From: a virus
Lineage: Duplodnaviria > Caudoviricetes
Strand: one strand, 5' to 3'
Virus record (IMG/VR): IMGVR_UViG_3300028797_000006
Location: 32,001 to 96,000 of that record
Length of the DNA: 64,000 bases
Of the stretch, positions 10,920-22,408 are shown one piece after another; the stretch's first letter is position 1; the number at the start of each line of letters is the position of its first letter. The position numbers and the translations under genes are program-made. The notes beneath the pieces were generated by a model. It ran no database searches and had not been told where the DNA came from. It saw only the letters and a program-made list of their open reading frames with translations.

Positions 10920-12731
10920 CTAAATTAAATCAAATAAAGTTTTTGTTTGAGGAATGGCTTCACGCTCTTCAATTTCAATGTCATCAATCATAACTTGAAT
11001 ATTAAAGTTTCCATTCCATTCATTGAGTTGCGGACGACCGACGATGTGCGCGGTTCCCGCAGGCATACCCAATAATCTTTGGGCAAGATTAGCTTTTTTA
11101 AAAGCAACGAAGTCAATACCATTACATTTAATTTTAATTGAGCTTTTGTCTTTACCCATAATAAGAACATCTGTCTTATTGAAATCTATTGTAAATGCAA
11201 ACTTAGGTTGCGGCAATGAATTGCCCCATAAGTCATCATAAGATGCCATTTGATAAAGCATTTCATCATCTATGTCCCAATTATTTTTGAAGATATAATC
11301 AACCTCGTATACATTTTCAAAGGTTTCTGGATTTAAAGTTTTATTCGCTACTTCTCTAACCTTTTCGACTTCTTCGGCAGTTAAGAACGCACCAAATGCA
11401 TTAGCATGTCCTTCACCATAAGTAATTCCGACCTTATGTAAGAAAGTTTTAAGGTCACTTAATCCAAAGAAGTTTCCATTACGTCCGCTACCACCATAAA
11501 GTTGATGTCCTCCTTCAAAAGTTGTTTTTCTTAAAACAAGAGCAGGTCTATTGAACTCTTTAACAAGTTCCATGGCGATTAAACCTGTTAATGTTGGCGT
11601 AACTTTTTTACTTTCTGCATCATCTAATGTAACAATAATAATATTATCTTTATCATGCCCTTCTTGTTTAATTTTCCCGCAAAGCCATTCAAATGCTTTT
11701 TTCTTACTAGCATCTTGTCTTCCTTTTGCGTTCGCGGCTAAACGTGCAGCGCATTGATAAAGTGTTTCATGATACTCAACTCCACGCCAAGTGCGGACAA
11801 AATCTTCAGTATTACCTTCTTCGCTCATCGCGCGGAATACCATTATCTTATCTTCTGGTTCGCCACTTCTAATAACACCATTAATGATAGGTGCGATATA
11901 GAAAGCGACATCTATTTTAGTTAAACAATTAGGATTTTTAATTCCATGAGCTTGTTTAATTGCGACTTCCTTAATAAATTGATTGCGGATACCTTTAAGT
12001 CCATGGAAAGCCAAGAAGTTGTTACCAAGAGTAGTCATATTCATTGCATCGGCGATAATTCCGATTGCGGCTAAATCTCTATAATCCTTGTAAATTGCCT
12101 CTGATGGGAAATAAAGTTCATCCATCATTTTGATGAACATATAAACGATTCCTGCACCACTCATACTTTTATTTGAGAAATAAGGGCTAAATTGATTATT
12201 AACAATAATAGCGCCAGTATTCTCTTCTGTTTCGATATCGTGATGATCAAGAATAATAACAGTTTTACCTTGACTGACTAATGCTCTTTGTTCTTCAATA
12301 TTGTTTGATCCGGCGTCAGGAACAAAGATTAATGTTCTATCTTCTGGGATATCTTCTAAAACAATACCATGTTCTTTGCCTGGATGAAGAGCATATTTTA
12401 TATCAGTAGAAGGGAATCTTCTTCTTAAGTAGTTAATTAAAATTGAACTTGATGTATAACCATCTGTATCACTATCGACTACTACGAAGACTTTTGCTCC
12501 ATGAATTAACTCGGACCAGGCGGTTTCACAAGCTGTTTTCATATTGAGAAGGTCTTCTGGATGATCTTCATCTTCATCTCTTGGTCTCTCAATAAAACTA
12601 GGGATATCCCTTTCTTTAATGCCGAGACTTAAAAGATACTGCGCAATATAGCTAATATTTTTGCCATGGTAGATATTCGCAGATGATGTATTTTTAACTA
12701 AATGATTTACTTTTAATTCTATTCTATTCAT
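10920..12731 (-). CDS. recJ: RecJ-like DHH ssDNA exonuclease
   Basis: DSDTDG, ILDHH, GSGR, GHANAFG motifs. Confidence 0.93.
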   Translation of the reverse strand: MNRIELKVNHLVKNTSSANIYHGKNISYIAQYLLSLGIKERDIPSFIERPRDEDEDHPEDLLNMKTACETAWSELIHGAKVFVVVDSDTDGYTSSSILINYLRRRFPSTDIKYALHPGKEHGIVLEDIPEDRTLIFVPDAGSNNIEEQRALVSQGKTVIILDHHDIETEENTGAIIVNNQFSPYFSNKSMSGAGIVYMFIKMMDELYFPSEAIYKDYRDLAAIGIIADAMNMTTLGNNFLAFHGLKGIRNQFIKEVAIKQAHGIKNPNCLTKIDVAFYIAPIINGVIRSGEPEDKIMVFRAMSEEGNTEDFVRTWRGVEYHETLYQCAARLAANAKGRQDASKKKAFEWLCGKIKQEGHDKDNIIIVTLDDAESKKVTPTLTGLIAMELVKEFNRPALVLRKTTFEGGHQLYGGSGRNGNFFGLSDLKTFLHKVGITYGEGHANAFGAFLTAEEVEKVREVANKTLNPETFENVYEVDYIFKNNWDIDDEMLYQMASYDDLWGNSLPQPKFAFTIDFNKTDVLIMGKDKSSIKIKCNGIDFVAFKKANLAQRLLGMPAGTAHIVGRPQLNEWNGNFNIQVMIDDIEIEEREAIPQTKTLFDLI

Positions 12732-13802
12732 TTATACAATTCTCCTGTTCTTTAAAATGTGCTCAAATATGTCTTTACCTCCATCGATCGGGCTACTCTT
12801 ATATGGCAACTCGAAGTCATAATCCATAAGTATGCTTACATTAAAGTAAGGAGATAATATTTTCGCTTTTTCAATATATTTTGCTTCAACTTCTGCTAAT
12901 TGTTTGTAGTCCTCATAATCACTATCATATGCGAGAATGACATGAGATACTTTCATCTTTAACAGATACTGGATGTGGTCTTTTGTAATATTTTGCCCCA
13001 ATGTTGCGAGTGATATATTATTTTGGTTTCCATATATCGACCCATACTTAAGACAAGATTTTTCTCCTTCAAATATAATCGCCATCTTTTTTCTTTCAAT
13101 ATTTTTGCGGTTCTCATAGATACCATAGAATGTGCGACCAGTTGGGTGATTATATAATGTCCCTTGGTCATACAAAGGTCTATACTTACCTTTTTTAGTA
13201 TCTTCTGGTCTAAAATATCTCTCTCTGATACCAATTAAATCGCCATTAAAATTGAAGTTAGGGATAACGATTGCCTGACGGAATGAATCCCATCTAATAT
13301 TGAACTTTTGTAACGCTTCAATACTAATGCCTTCTTCAATCCAAGGCATTAAGCCCATATAATCAAAACTAAACCTCTTAAGAATAGCCTTATCATATGT
13401 CTTAAACTCCGCATTAATGTCTCCGATATATACATTATTTAACGTTTGCATATATCTAATATCATCTAAAGCATTGAGTGCTCTATTCTCGACATTAATT
13501 GAGGATGGATCCAAGTCACAAATTGAGACTGCTTGAAGTAAAGTAATCTCTTGTCCACGCAAATGATACATCTTCTGTAATAATGTGAAGATGTCGAATG
13601 TCGCGGCGCACTCTGTGTAACAATGGAATAATTTTGTATTTTTATAATAAATTAACTTTGGACTACCGCCTTCAAGATTATGACAGCAGGTAGGGAAAGT
13701 TATTGAATCTTCATTTTCTTCTACTGGTTCAACATTAAATTGCGCGAGAATGTCCTTTATCATTTCATCGGACAATTGATCTCTTAGTTCTTTAAAATCC
13801 AT
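12732..13802 (-). CDS. DNA primase (Zn finger + TOPRIM)
   Basis: CCH...CYTEC, FEGEKS, LAYDSD. Confidence 0.88.
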   Translation of the reverse strand: MDFKELRDQLSDEMIKDILAQFNVEPVEENEDSITFPTCCHNLEGGSPKLIYYKNTKLFHCYTECAATFDIFTLLQKMYHLRGQEITLLQAVSICDLDPSSINVENRALNALDDIRYMQTLNNVYIGDINAEFKTYDKAILKRFSFDYMGLMPWIEEGISIEALQKFNIRWDSFRQAIVIPNFNFNGDLIGIRERYFRPEDTKKGKYRPLYDQGTLYNHPTGRTFYGIYENRKNIERKKMAIIFEGEKSCLKYGSIYGNQNNISLATLGQNITKDHIQYLLKMKVSHVILAYDSDYEDYKQLAEVEAKYIEKAKILSPYFNVSILMDYDFELPYKSSPIDGGKDIFEHILKNRRIV

Positions 13803-15394
13803 TAGATTACCCCCTTAGTTTTCAAATCTAAGAAGTCAAATGGTCTTTGATCATATTGAAGTTGTCCGATCTCACTGACTGTCTTATAACTTGCATCTGT
13901 TACAAATAAATCTTGGCATCTACAAGTTGAGTAATCAAAGTATCTAAATACTTTAACGCCATTTAATTCTCCACGTCTATTTTTATAAATGTCTATAACA
14001 ATATTAGGTTCATGTGTATACTTTGACGGATTAGACTTTTGAAGTTCGGTCCAGAACGCTTCGATTTGTTTCTTCTCTTCTTCACAAACCTTGACACCAA
14101 TCATACCAATATCAATTTTATCTGCGATAGCTTTAGAACCACGGATACAGTTTTGATCTCTTAAACCTATTTCTTTTTTACTCCAACCATCATTTAATTG
14201 TGTCGCACTTTGAATGAATACATTATAATTCATTGCGACTTCTTTAATACTATTTGATAACATCATTAATGCGACGTCTTCACGGACTTGAACGTCTCTG
14301 AACTCGCTCAATAATCCTGGACTACTAAATATATAATCATAGAAGATATATTCTACATTATTTTGAACAATATATTTAGCTAAAATCGCCTTAATCATTG
14401 CAATACTTGGATCTGGAACTACCTCCAAAATCATATTCTTGCCATATTTATCAATGATATCTAATGCCCTTTGGATTCTCTCCAATTCATCTGGACTAAA
14501 ACTACCTAATAAGATATTCTTTTCATTAACCCCGCTGACATAAGCCAAAATCATTGTTTGGATTTCATCTGCCTTTTGCTCGGTTGTGATGTAAAGAACT
14601 TGTTGATAATCGTCCTCTTCTACTGTTCCTCTTAACACGACTTTACCATTTCTATCAATAAATGGCATACTAATCGCGCAAGCATTACCAACCATATAAC
14701 GAGTTTTACCTGCACCAGATGGTGCACTATATGTATATAATTTGCCGAGACGTGCACCTCTTGTCGCATAATTTATAATTTCTCCATCTAAAGGCAAACC
14801 AACTTCTGGATTCGCCTGAAGTTCCGCGACTAATTGTCTCATGCCTTGAGACGCAATTTGTGACGTACTATCTTCTTTGCCGATATGTCTGTTCTCAATT
14901 ACAACAAGATTTTCTCTAACCTTATTCACAATATCGGTTAAAGACATCTTATTTAACTTTTCATCTTCGGCATCCCTATTTAACGGATCTTTTTCGGTAT
15001 CATAAAATTCCTTGGTGTCATAACCAATTGCCTCAAGATCTCTTAACATAGAGAACTTTTTTAATCTATTATAATATGTCTGGAATTGTTTTTCATCTGT
15101 TCCCTCTGTGGACTGGTAACATTGAACTACAAATTCATATCCTTTTTCTTTTTTATAAAACTCATATTGACTTTCATATTGAGTTAAGTATAAATCTATA
15201 TCTTGCGGAGTTATACGCTCAACACCATTTTGAGCCATATTGAAGACCGCATAGAATACTAATTGTTGTAAAGGCTTATAGAAGTCTGTCTTTACAAATG
15301 CATACCTTTCATCTTGTAACAAAAGAGGTTTATGCATCAAACAACTCAAGACATATAACGACGTATTGTTGTCGAATAAGTCTTTCTTTATCAT
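13802..15394 (-). CDS. Replicative DnaB-like helicase
   Basis: Walker A APSGAGKT, ITTEQ, FYDY, ATQLN, KNRRG. Confidence 0.92.
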   Translation of the reverse strand: MIKKDLFDNNTSLYVLSCLMHKPLLLQDERYAFVKTDFYKPLQQLVFYAVFNMAQNGVERITPQDIDLYLTQYESQYEFYKKEKGYEFVVQCYQSTEGTDEKQFQTYYNRLKKFSMLRDLEAIGYDTKEFYDTEKDPLNRDAEDEKLNKMSLTDIVNKVRENLVVIENRHIGKEDSTSQIASQGMRQLVAELQANPEVGLPLDGEIINYATRGARLGKLYTYSAPSGAGKTRYMVGNACAISMPFIDRNGKVVLRGTVEEDDYQQVLYITTEQKADEIQTMILAYVSGVNEKNILLGSFSPDELERIQRALDIIDKYGKNMILEVVPDPSIAMIKAILAKYIVQNNVEYIFYDYIFSSPGLLSEFRDVQVREDVALMMLSNSIKEVAMNYNVFIQSATQLNDGWSKKEIGLRDQNCIRGSKAIADKIDIGMIGVKVCEEEKKQIEAFWTELQKSNPSKYTHEPNIVIDIYKNRRGELNGVKVFRYFDYSTCRCQDLFVTDASYKTVSEIGQLQYDQRPFDFLDLKTKGVI

Positions 15395-15801
15395 TATTTA
15401 TTTTCTCCTTCAACATCTATTTCAGAGATATCTAATTGCTTAGGTTGTCTCCTTTTATGTTGTAGTGACTTTATATTGAATATAATATTACTTTCTTGAC
15501 ACTCTACTAATTTCTTAGCCTGTTCTTTTTGAGCTTGTTGGTCAAGTTCCAACTGCCTAAAATATTTAGCCGCTCTATCCTTAACAGAAGGGACAAAGCT
15601 CAAACCATAAACCGGCTCGCATTTACCCTTAAATACTTCTGTGTACCAAACGATGCAGCGGGCAATATCTTTATAAGTCATATTATCAATCAATACATAA
15701 CTGCTAATATGCTTACGAATTAGCGGAGTGACGGACGAAATGCCCATCACTTCGCATATTAATTCTTCTAAATCTCGTTTGGAATATGGTTTATTTTCCA
15801 C
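15394..15801 (-). CDS. Hypothetical replication-module protein
   Basis: Coupled ORF between Sak and the helicase. Confidence 0.55.
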   Translation of the reverse strand: MENKPYSKRDLEELICEVMGISSVTPLIRKHISSYVLIDNMTYKDIARCIVWYTEVFKGKCEPVYGLSFVPSVKDRAAKYFRQLELDQQAQKEQAKKLVECQESNIIFNIKSLQHKRRQPKQLDISEIDVEGENK

Positions 15802-16558
15802 TGTTTACTGGTGCGGCTAATTGTTTCTTTACTTCATTAATAAAAGCATAGATACGTTGTAAGTTTTGACTATCTTCAGCTAATGTGAATAATGATAATC
15901 TCTTACCTTTTGCATTTTTAACAACATAATCCGTGATTGCCTTTGATGTGGCTTCGTCATAGTCTGCTGCTTGAACTAAATCAATAACATTTTTCTTCAT
16001 TGTATCAAAGCCATCTTGTGTTAAGACAACTGTTTGATATCTATCACAATTATCTGCGATTGCTTTATAATCAATAATTTTTCTCTCTACTTCTGGGAGA
16101 TCTTCACCAGCATAGACATAAAGACCTAAACCATGTCTTGCGCATGCTTTAACAAATGCTCTTTGAATTGACTTATTAACCGCAGTCATTGTTACCATAG
16201 ACAATGAAACTGCATTATTTCTATTATCCATAACAGGAAGAAGTTCGCATTCTTCTCTGTCATCAATAGTTACGCTAACTTTAACATATGCCGTCTTACC
16301 ATCTGTGAAGTATGGGATTTCATCCTCAGATTCTGTTACGATTGAAACTTTTTCTCCACCTTCATCAACGGTTCTTGTTGTTGTTGTCTTTGTCTTACGA
16401 GTATAGACTTTCCAACTTGCATCTGGGAAGTTCTTTTTAAGAACTGACCAAGCATCTGCCCAACTCAAATAAGATAATCCAATTTTTTCTTTAATTTTAT
16501 CTTTTAAGTTTATATTATTTAATATTTCAAAATTATTTTTCTTTTCTACGTGTTCCAT
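15791..16558 (-). CDS. Sak/Rad52-like ssDNA annealing protein (DUF1071-type)
   Basis: LSYLSWADAW, LPVMD.RN, QRAFVKACARHGLGLYVYAGEDLP. Confidence 0.9.
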   Translation of the reverse strand: MEHVEKKNNFEILNNINLKDKIKEKIGLSYLSWADAWSVLKKNFPDASWKVYTRKTKTTTTRTVDEGGEKVSIVTESEDEIPYFTDGKTAYVKVSVTIDDREECELLPVMDNRNNAVSLSMVTMTAVNKSIQRAFVKACARHGLGLYVYAGEDLPEVERKIIDYKAIADNCDRYQTVVLTQDGFDTMKKNVIDLVQAADYDEATSKAITDYVVKNAKGKRLSLFTLAEDSQNLQRIYAFINEVKKQLAAPVNSGK

Positions 16559-16626
16559 GTTGTACTCCTGAATAAAACATTATGCGGCAAAAGGGCCTTA
16601 GAGCCCTAATGCCATTTATAAGTTTA

Positions 16627-17499
16627 TTAAATTAAACTTGTTTGTCTTGAAGTTACTGCTGGAGCTTCTTCAATAGGTTCAGAACTTCCTTCTTTTGCGG
16701 AGTTCATTAATTCAACGTCATGTGCTTTATAAGCAGAGACTAATGAACGAATGACATCACTTGGATATGAACCTTGTGCTGGATCTGTGATTGCTGAAGA
16801 TCCGCCTTGGATGAAGAAGTTAGAGATTTTATTTGTGAATGTTCTTGTGATACCTTCACCAAATCCACCTTCATTCTTTGCTGTTGAAGTAACAACTTTA
16901 ACAATGAAGTTTAAATCACCATTAACTCTGACTGTATCGCCGACTTTGTAGTTGCGGACACCATTAATGATTTCTCTATCTGAAGGATTGACGTGAAGTG
17001 TGAACTTAGACATCATATTTCCAGAATAGTTGGATTGTCCGATTGCTACATCGTAACGATAGACTTCGTTATCCTTATTTAATTTTTCTTTGAGTTCTTC
17101 TACGATAAAACCGCCAATTTCGAAGGTTGCTTCATCAACTGTTGTTTCGCTCATACCACGAACAAAACGTCCGCTTAATTGTTGAGCTGAAGCCATTTGA
17201 TTTGTGCTCTTACTCCAGAAACGATTTTCTCTGATTTCACCATCAATTTGGACTTTCTTACCAACTAATTCACTCATCTTTGAGTATGAGTTATATAATT
17301 GACTGACTTTTCCATCTTTTGTGGTTTGGGAAGTGTAGAAACGGATCTCAAATGTGTTATCTGCACCACCAATGTTTGAGATGACTACTGCAGAACCTGA
17401 AATGTATCCTGCGCCATCTGATTTGCGATTACCTGGTCTCATATCGACACTTGATAATCTGCCTACGATTTTGAATGAGTTTGTTCTTAATAAATCCAT
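16627..17499 (-). CDS. Probable single-stranded DNA-binding protein (two OB folds)
   Basis: Two OB-like halves, acidic tail, position next to Sak. Confidence 0.65.
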   Translation of the reverse strand: MDLLRTNSFKIVGRLSSVDMRPGNRKSDGAGYISGSAVVISNIGGADNTFEIRFYTSQTTKDGKVSQLYNSYSKMSELVGKKVQIDGEIRENRFWSKSTNQMASAQQLSGRFVRGMSETTVDEATFEIGGFIVEELKEKLNKDNEVYRYDVAIGQSNYSGNMMSKFTLHVNPSDREIINGVRNYKVGDTVRVNGDLNFIVKVVTSTAKNEGGFGEGITRTFTNKISNFFIQGGSSAITDPAQGSYPSDVIRSLVSAYKAHDVELMNSAKEGSSEPIEEAPAVTSRQTSLI

Positions 17500-17563
17500 G
17501 AGTTTTCTTTTCCTTTTGCTTTAAAATTTTTCTTTTGCCACAAGTTTAATTTGATTAATTTAA

Positions 17564-17824
17564 TTAGATACTGAATGCTCTACCGGCATCGGTTAAGCGA
17601 TAAGTTTTATATTCCTTATCTTTTGTTTCACCTTTATTATTGGTGAATGGTCTGACAACTGGTTCACCAGCTTCGACTAATTCGTGTTTAATTAATGAGT
17701 TGAGAACTGGATAGATACCTTTAATACCTGTCATCTCAATCATGTCTTTTCCGACTAAAGTTTCATCATGAGCTTGCATAAAGCTTAAGACTCTTTTGCC
17801 ATTATCTGTTAATGTAATTTCCAT
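17564..17824 (-). CDS. Winged-helix DNA-binding protein
   Basis: IYPVLNSLIKHELV...YRLTDAGR wHTH pattern. Confidence 0.7.
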   Translation of the reverse strand: MEITLTDNGKRVLSFMQAHDETLVGKDMIEMTGIKGIYPVLNSLIKHELVEAGEPVVRPFTNNKGETKDKEYKTYRLTDAGRAFSI

Positions 17825-17923
17825 TTAATTCTCCTTATTATAAATGCTTTTATAAAGTTTGTGTGGCTTCAAATCTTTATAAACTATTATATCATATCTT
17901 TTTTGCTTGGTCAATATTTTTTT

Positions 17924-20131
17924 CTAAATTATTCTCGAGACGGCGCGAGAAGTTAATACCGCTCCCATAGCAGTTCGACCCTTCACAGTAATCTTATTTC
18001 TTGCTACAGTAAATAGTTTTCCTTGTTTTGGAACTAGGTAGATATTCTCACGTCCGCTGTCGAATCGGCGCATACAGACAGTGCCTTCAGTGACTAATTG
18101 ACCTTTATTGCCTCTATTATCGACTGAGAAGTCTTTAACAGAAGTATATTTACCCTTGTTATCTTTTGTAACAAAGAGTAAAATGTCACTGTCACTTACC
18201 ACTGCTGCGGCCGCAATTGACGCAAAGCCTGATTTAACACCAACGGTCATCTTAGATGCAACTGTTAAATCAGCAATAGATAATTTTAATACATTTTGAT
18301 TGCCGTCAAACAACATTAAGAAGTCTGAATCTGAACAGAAGTCCGCGAATACAAGTTCATCGCCTTCTTTGAGTTTGATAACTTTCTCTTCTGCCTTATT
18401 GAACTTGTATTCAGATGCGAGAGAAACTTTGATGTTGCCATTCTTTGTGACAGCGACAAATTTTTCTTTCTTATCTTTTACGCAAGCTCCGATATAACCG
18501 GCAGAAGCTTGAACAGGAGAAATTTCTCCTTCCTTATTATAACCTAGGATGTCCTCCATTCCGTAGGCAAAGACTACGTCTATAAGAGCGCCCACATCAC
18601 TAGGATTCAAATTATTATCAATTCCATTTGTTGTAATCCTATATTCTTGTTTGACTACTGGTTTATCTGCGGTGGCATTTGGTCGCGCATAGTGAATTTC
18701 AGTTAAACGTTCATCTTTTCCAAGAACTTTCTTAATTGTTTGTAAATCATTTACAATGATTTTATATCTTTCGCTTTCATCGTCAATAATATGTTTGATT
18801 TGAGCGAGAGTTTTTTCTAAATCTTCTTTGTCCTTATCGAGTTCAGCCAAATCAAGACGACTCAATCTTGAAAGTTTCATATTGAGGACGGCTTCGGCTT
18901 GTTCATCGTTAAGTTCAAAGGCTTGTATAATCGCAGTTTTTGCCGCAGTTCTGTCTGAGGCATTACGGATTAAGCTAATAAGTTTATCAATATCACTCAT
19001 GCACTTTTGTAAACCAATAGTGACTGTGAGTTTATGATTTGTATCGGCATAGTCAGTCCATGCGACTCTTTCGATACAATGACTTCTATAATTTACCCAA
19101 TATTCAATCATTTGTTTCAATGAAAGAACACGTGGTTCGCCATTAACAATTAAGTTTTGGTTAATCTTAATTGATGAAGCGAGTTTAGTTTTATTAAACA
19201 ATACTTCTAAACATTTAGAAACATTCGCATCTTTTCCTAATGTGATTGTGATATCGAAGTTGCGGTCACCGGCTTTAAGGACGCTAATATCCTCAAAGAC
19301 ATCATAACCATCATCTAAAACCAGCTTCTTTAATGGTTTCTTAATACCATCGTCGATATCTACTCCATATGGAATATCGTGAAATGTAACCAAAGTTTTT
19401 GCGCCTTTTTTCGCAATATCGTAATGTGAATAAACTTTAACACTTCCTTGACCTCTTGTGTAGATATCAAGTAGTTCTTCGCCATTCATAATGATTCCGC
19501 CTGTTGGGAAGTCTGGGCCTTTAATGAATTGCATTAAATCCGCAATAGAACAATCTTTATGTTCCATATAGAATTGAATTGCACCCATAACCTCTGTGAA
19601 GTTATGAGATACTAAATCAGAACCCATACCAACAGCAATACCACTATTATTTCCGCATAAAAGATACGGGAACTTTGATGGTAACGTGCATGGCTCGGTG
19701 CAAGAGTTATCAAAGTTAGGTCTTGTATCTACACAGTTCATGCCGATATCTTCAAGCATAAACATACCGATTTCACTTAATCGGCACTCTGTATATCTTG
19801 AAGCCGCGGCACCATCCCCGAGGATATTACCGCAGTTACCTTGCATTTCAACTAATGGATAACGGAGTTTCCACCATTGACTTAATCTTACTATTGCTTC
19901 ATAGATTGAAGAATCGCCATGTGGGTGATATGCGCCCATGACGTTTCCTACAACCTTGGCACTTTTTACAGTAGGTTTATTATTGTAGAATTTACTCTCA
20001 TACATAGACCATAAAATACGTCTATGAATTGGTTTGAGGTTATCTTCTACGCTTGGGATTGCACGGCTTTTGATGACGCTATTGGCGTAAATAAGGAAGT
20101 CTTGTTTACTTCTTTCATCAATTGTGCTCAT
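17924..20131 (-). CDS. gyrA: Type IIA topoisomerase subunit A (GyrA/ParC)
   Basis: DNLKPIHRR, YHPHGDSS, AASRYTE catalytic Tyr, GPDFPTGG, beta-pinwheel CTD. Confidence 0.93.
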   Translation of the reverse strand: MSTIDERSKQDFLIYANSVIKSRAIPSVEDNLKPIHRRILWSMYESKFYNNKPTVKSAKVVGNVMGAYHPHGDSSIYEAIVRLSQWWKLRYPLVEMQGNCGNILGDGAAASRYTECRLSEIGMFMLEDIGMNCVDTRPNFDNSCTEPCTLPSKFPYLLCGNNSGIAVGMGSDLVSHNFTEVMGAIQFYMEHKDCSIADLMQFIKGPDFPTGGIIMNGEELLDIYTRGQGSVKVYSHYDIAKKGAKTLVTFHDIPYGVDIDDGIKKPLKKLVLDDGYDVFEDISVLKAGDRNFDITITLGKDANVSKCLEVLFNKTKLASSIKINQNLIVNGEPRVLSLKQMIEYWVNYRSHCIERVAWTDYADTNHKLTVTIGLQKCMSDIDKLISLIRNASDRTAAKTAIIQAFELNDEQAEAVLNMKLSRLSRLDLAELDKDKEDLEKTLAQIKHIIDDESERYKIIVNDLQTIKKVLGKDERLTEIHYARPNATADKPVVKQEYRITTNGIDNNLNPSDVGALIDVVFAYGMEDILGYNKEGEISPVQASAGYIGACVKDKKEKFVAVTKNGNIKVSLASEYKFNKAEEKVIKLKEGDELVFADFCSDSDFLMLFDGNQNVLKLSIADLTVASKMTVGVKSGFASIAAAAVVSDSDILLFVTKDNKGKYTSVKDFSVDNRGNKGQLVTEGTVCMRRFDSGRENIYLVPKQGKLFTVARNKITVKGRTAMGAVLTSRAVSRII

Positions 20132-20367
20132 TATTTTTCTTCTTTCTTGGCTAGTTCTTCGGCCATTTGTTTTTCCATTTCTGCACGTTCTTGTTCGGCT
20201 TGTTCAGCATAGATTTCAGTTAATGTTTTACCATCAACTTTCAAAATATCTTCTACTGTTACAAGACGTTGGTTAAGAATGTTTGCGAAGTGGACGATTG
20301 CTGAAAGCGGCATATCTGGAGTGATTTGCACATCTTTCCAACCACGAATTTGTTTCTCTTCTGGCAT
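20131..20367 (-). CDS. Hypothetical protein between topoisomerase subunits
   Basis: ORF with RBS, TAATG coupling. Confidence 0.6.
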   Translation of the reverse strand: MPEEKQIRGWKDVQITPDMPLSAIVHFANILNQRLVTVEDILKVDGKTLTEIYAEQAEQERAEMEKQMAEELAKKEEK

Positions 20368-20378
20368 AATTATTCTCC

Positions 20379-22322
20379 TTATTCATCGTCTGCGTCTGTA
20401 TAATCATCGTAAGAATCATCACTATCAATCTTTGATAGTTTGTTCTTTAAGATGAACTCTCTTCTGAGAGCTGGTTGTTTGCCCATTAATTGATTATAAA
20501 GGGCAAGAGTTTTTTCCATATCTTCGGTTGTAAGTTGAACTAAATGTCTGTTCTCTGGATCCATTGTCGTTGAGTATAATTCATCTGGATTCATTTCACC
20601 TAAACCTTTGAAACGGTTGGAAATCGCATTTCTGTGATTTCTCATATATTTCTTGTATTCTTTTTCATCACTTGGATACCAATACAATACTTCTTTACCA
20701 TTTGTTGTTTTATAAAGAGGTGGTGTGGCGGCATAAACTTTACCCGCTTTAATTAACTCTGGTAAGTGATGTAAGAATAAAGTTGTTAATAGAAGGTTAA
20801 TATGTCCTCCATCTGGGTCGGCATCAGCCATAAAGATAATTCTATTATAGCGAAGATTATTCATATTGAAGTGATCTCCAATGCCGCAACCAAGACAAGT
20901 TAATATATCTTTAATTGTATCAGATTTAATTGCATCTGCCAATTCTTTACAGGTTGTATTTAATACCTTGCCGCGTAAAGGCATAATGGCTTGACCAAGG
21001 TTCTTAGTAATCTTGGCGTTTCCAGCAGCTGAGTCACCTTCACAGAAGAAGATTTCCGCGTCTGTGAAGTCATTTGCATCTGCGAGTTTTTCCGGCAAGT
21101 CTTTGAGTGAGTTCATTGACTTTCCACCACGCGCGATTTTTTCTTGGGCTTCACGCTTTCTTTGAGCGGCCTCTTCGGCTTTTTGCTCAATCATAATTTT
21201 ATCTAAAATTTGTTTGATTTCTTTTGGTTGAAGAACTAATTGACCAACTGCCTTGCTACAGAATGTTCTGGCTTGCGGCGAGTTGAGTGTTCTTTTTGTT
21301 TGCTCGGCGAACATTGCGCGGCATGCCATTTTTATTGATAAAACGAGCACTAATCCTTTACGGACAATATCGCCGCTTAAGTTTTTGTCTTTATCCTTTA
21401 ATACTTCTTGATCTCTAGCGAGTTTATTTATCAATGAAGTATAGGCTGTTTTCCAACCTGTGACGTGAGTTCCATCGTTTGGCGTATAACCACCATTAAC
21501 GAATGAATAGATGGTTTCACATCCTTTATCACAATAAGCAAAAGCCATATCTACATCGCATTCTTCTCCTGTATCGAGAACAACATGAGTTCCGAAGTAA
21601 ACAGGATTTGTAATCATATTTAAGCCTTCGCTTTTAATTTTAAGCATATCTTTAATGCCATTTGTATAAAAGTATTTCCAAGTTCCTAAAACTTTTTCGC
21701 CATTCTTTTCAACTAACTCAAAAGTAATACCATTATTTAAGAGGGCGTGGAGTTGGAGTTCTTCTTTTATTTTTTCGAGGTCCCATTTTAAATCGCCAAA
21801 AACGGCCTTATCAGGCACAAAAGTAATAGTAGTGCCTTGACGAGTGCCTTTATATGGCTCGATATCTGGATCCAAAATATCTCCATCAAAGACTTCAAAG
21901 AAACAATGTTCTTTATCTCTCCAAACTTCAATTATAAAGTCAGAAGAAAGCGCATTAGTAACAGTAGCACCAACGCCATGAAGTCCGAGTGATGATTTAT
22001 AGTTGCCTTGACCTTCAAACTTTCCACCTGAATGAAGATTTGTGCACATCTCTACGATTGCATATTCTCCATTTTCTTTCTTGTGGAATGGAATGCCACG
22101 ACCATTATCTATAACAGATGCGCTATTTTGGCTTCTGTCGATTTCTACTCTAATTAGTTTTCCATAACCTGCGGCCGCTTCATCCATTGAGTTCGCAACA
22201 ATTTCAGTTAGAAGATGTTGCATACCTTCAAGAGAGTTATTGCCAATATACATACCGATTGATTGACGAATAGCCTCTCGGTAGCCTAAGGTTACAATAC
22301 TACTTTCATTATAATCGTTCAT
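20379..22322 (-). CDS. gyrB: Type IIA topoisomerase subunit B (GyrB/ParE)
   Basis: EIVANSMDE, DNGRGIP, GLHGVG, EGDSA, PLRGK, DADPDG, RFKGLGEM. Confidence 0.95.
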   Translation of the reverse strand: MNDYNESSIVTLGYREAIRQSIGMYIGNNSLEGMQHLLTEIVANSMDEAAAGYGKLIRVEIDRSQNSASVIDNGRGIPFHKKENGEYAIVEMCTNLHSGGKFEGQGNYKSSLGLHGVGATVTNALSSDFIIEVWRDKEHCFFEVFDGDILDPDIEPYKGTRQGTTITFVPDKAVFGDLKWDLEKIKEELQLHALLNNGITFELVEKNGEKVLGTWKYFYTNGIKDMLKIKSEGLNMITNPVYFGTHVVLDTGEECDVDMAFAYCDKGCETIYSFVNGGYTPNDGTHVTGWKTAYTSLINKLARDQEVLKDKDKNLSGDIVRKGLVLVLSIKMACRAMFAEQTKRTLNSPQARTFCSKAVGQLVLQPKEIKQILDKIMIEQKAEEAAQRKREAQEKIARGGKSMNSLKDLPEKLADANDFTDAEIFFCEGDSAAGNAKITKNLGQAIMPLRGKVLNTTCKELADAIKSDTIKDILTCLGCGIGDHFNMNNLRYNRIIFMADADPDGGHINLLLTTLFLHHLPELIKAGKVYAATPPLYKTTNGKEVLYWYPSDEKEYKKYMRNHRNAISNRFKGLGEMNPDELYSTTMDPENRHLVQLTTEDMEKTLALYNQLMGKQPALRREFILKNKLSKIDSDDSYDDYTDADDE

Positions 22323-22408
22323 CTGTAATCCTTTCTTTTAAAAATAAAAACACCTATATAGGTGTTGTTATTTATCAATTAATTAACTATCCCTATATAT
22401 CTAAAGAT

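Noticed and set aside
7356-20212. Short plus-strand ORFs antisense to replication genes
   Set aside because: They are shadow frames of strongly supported minus-strand genes.
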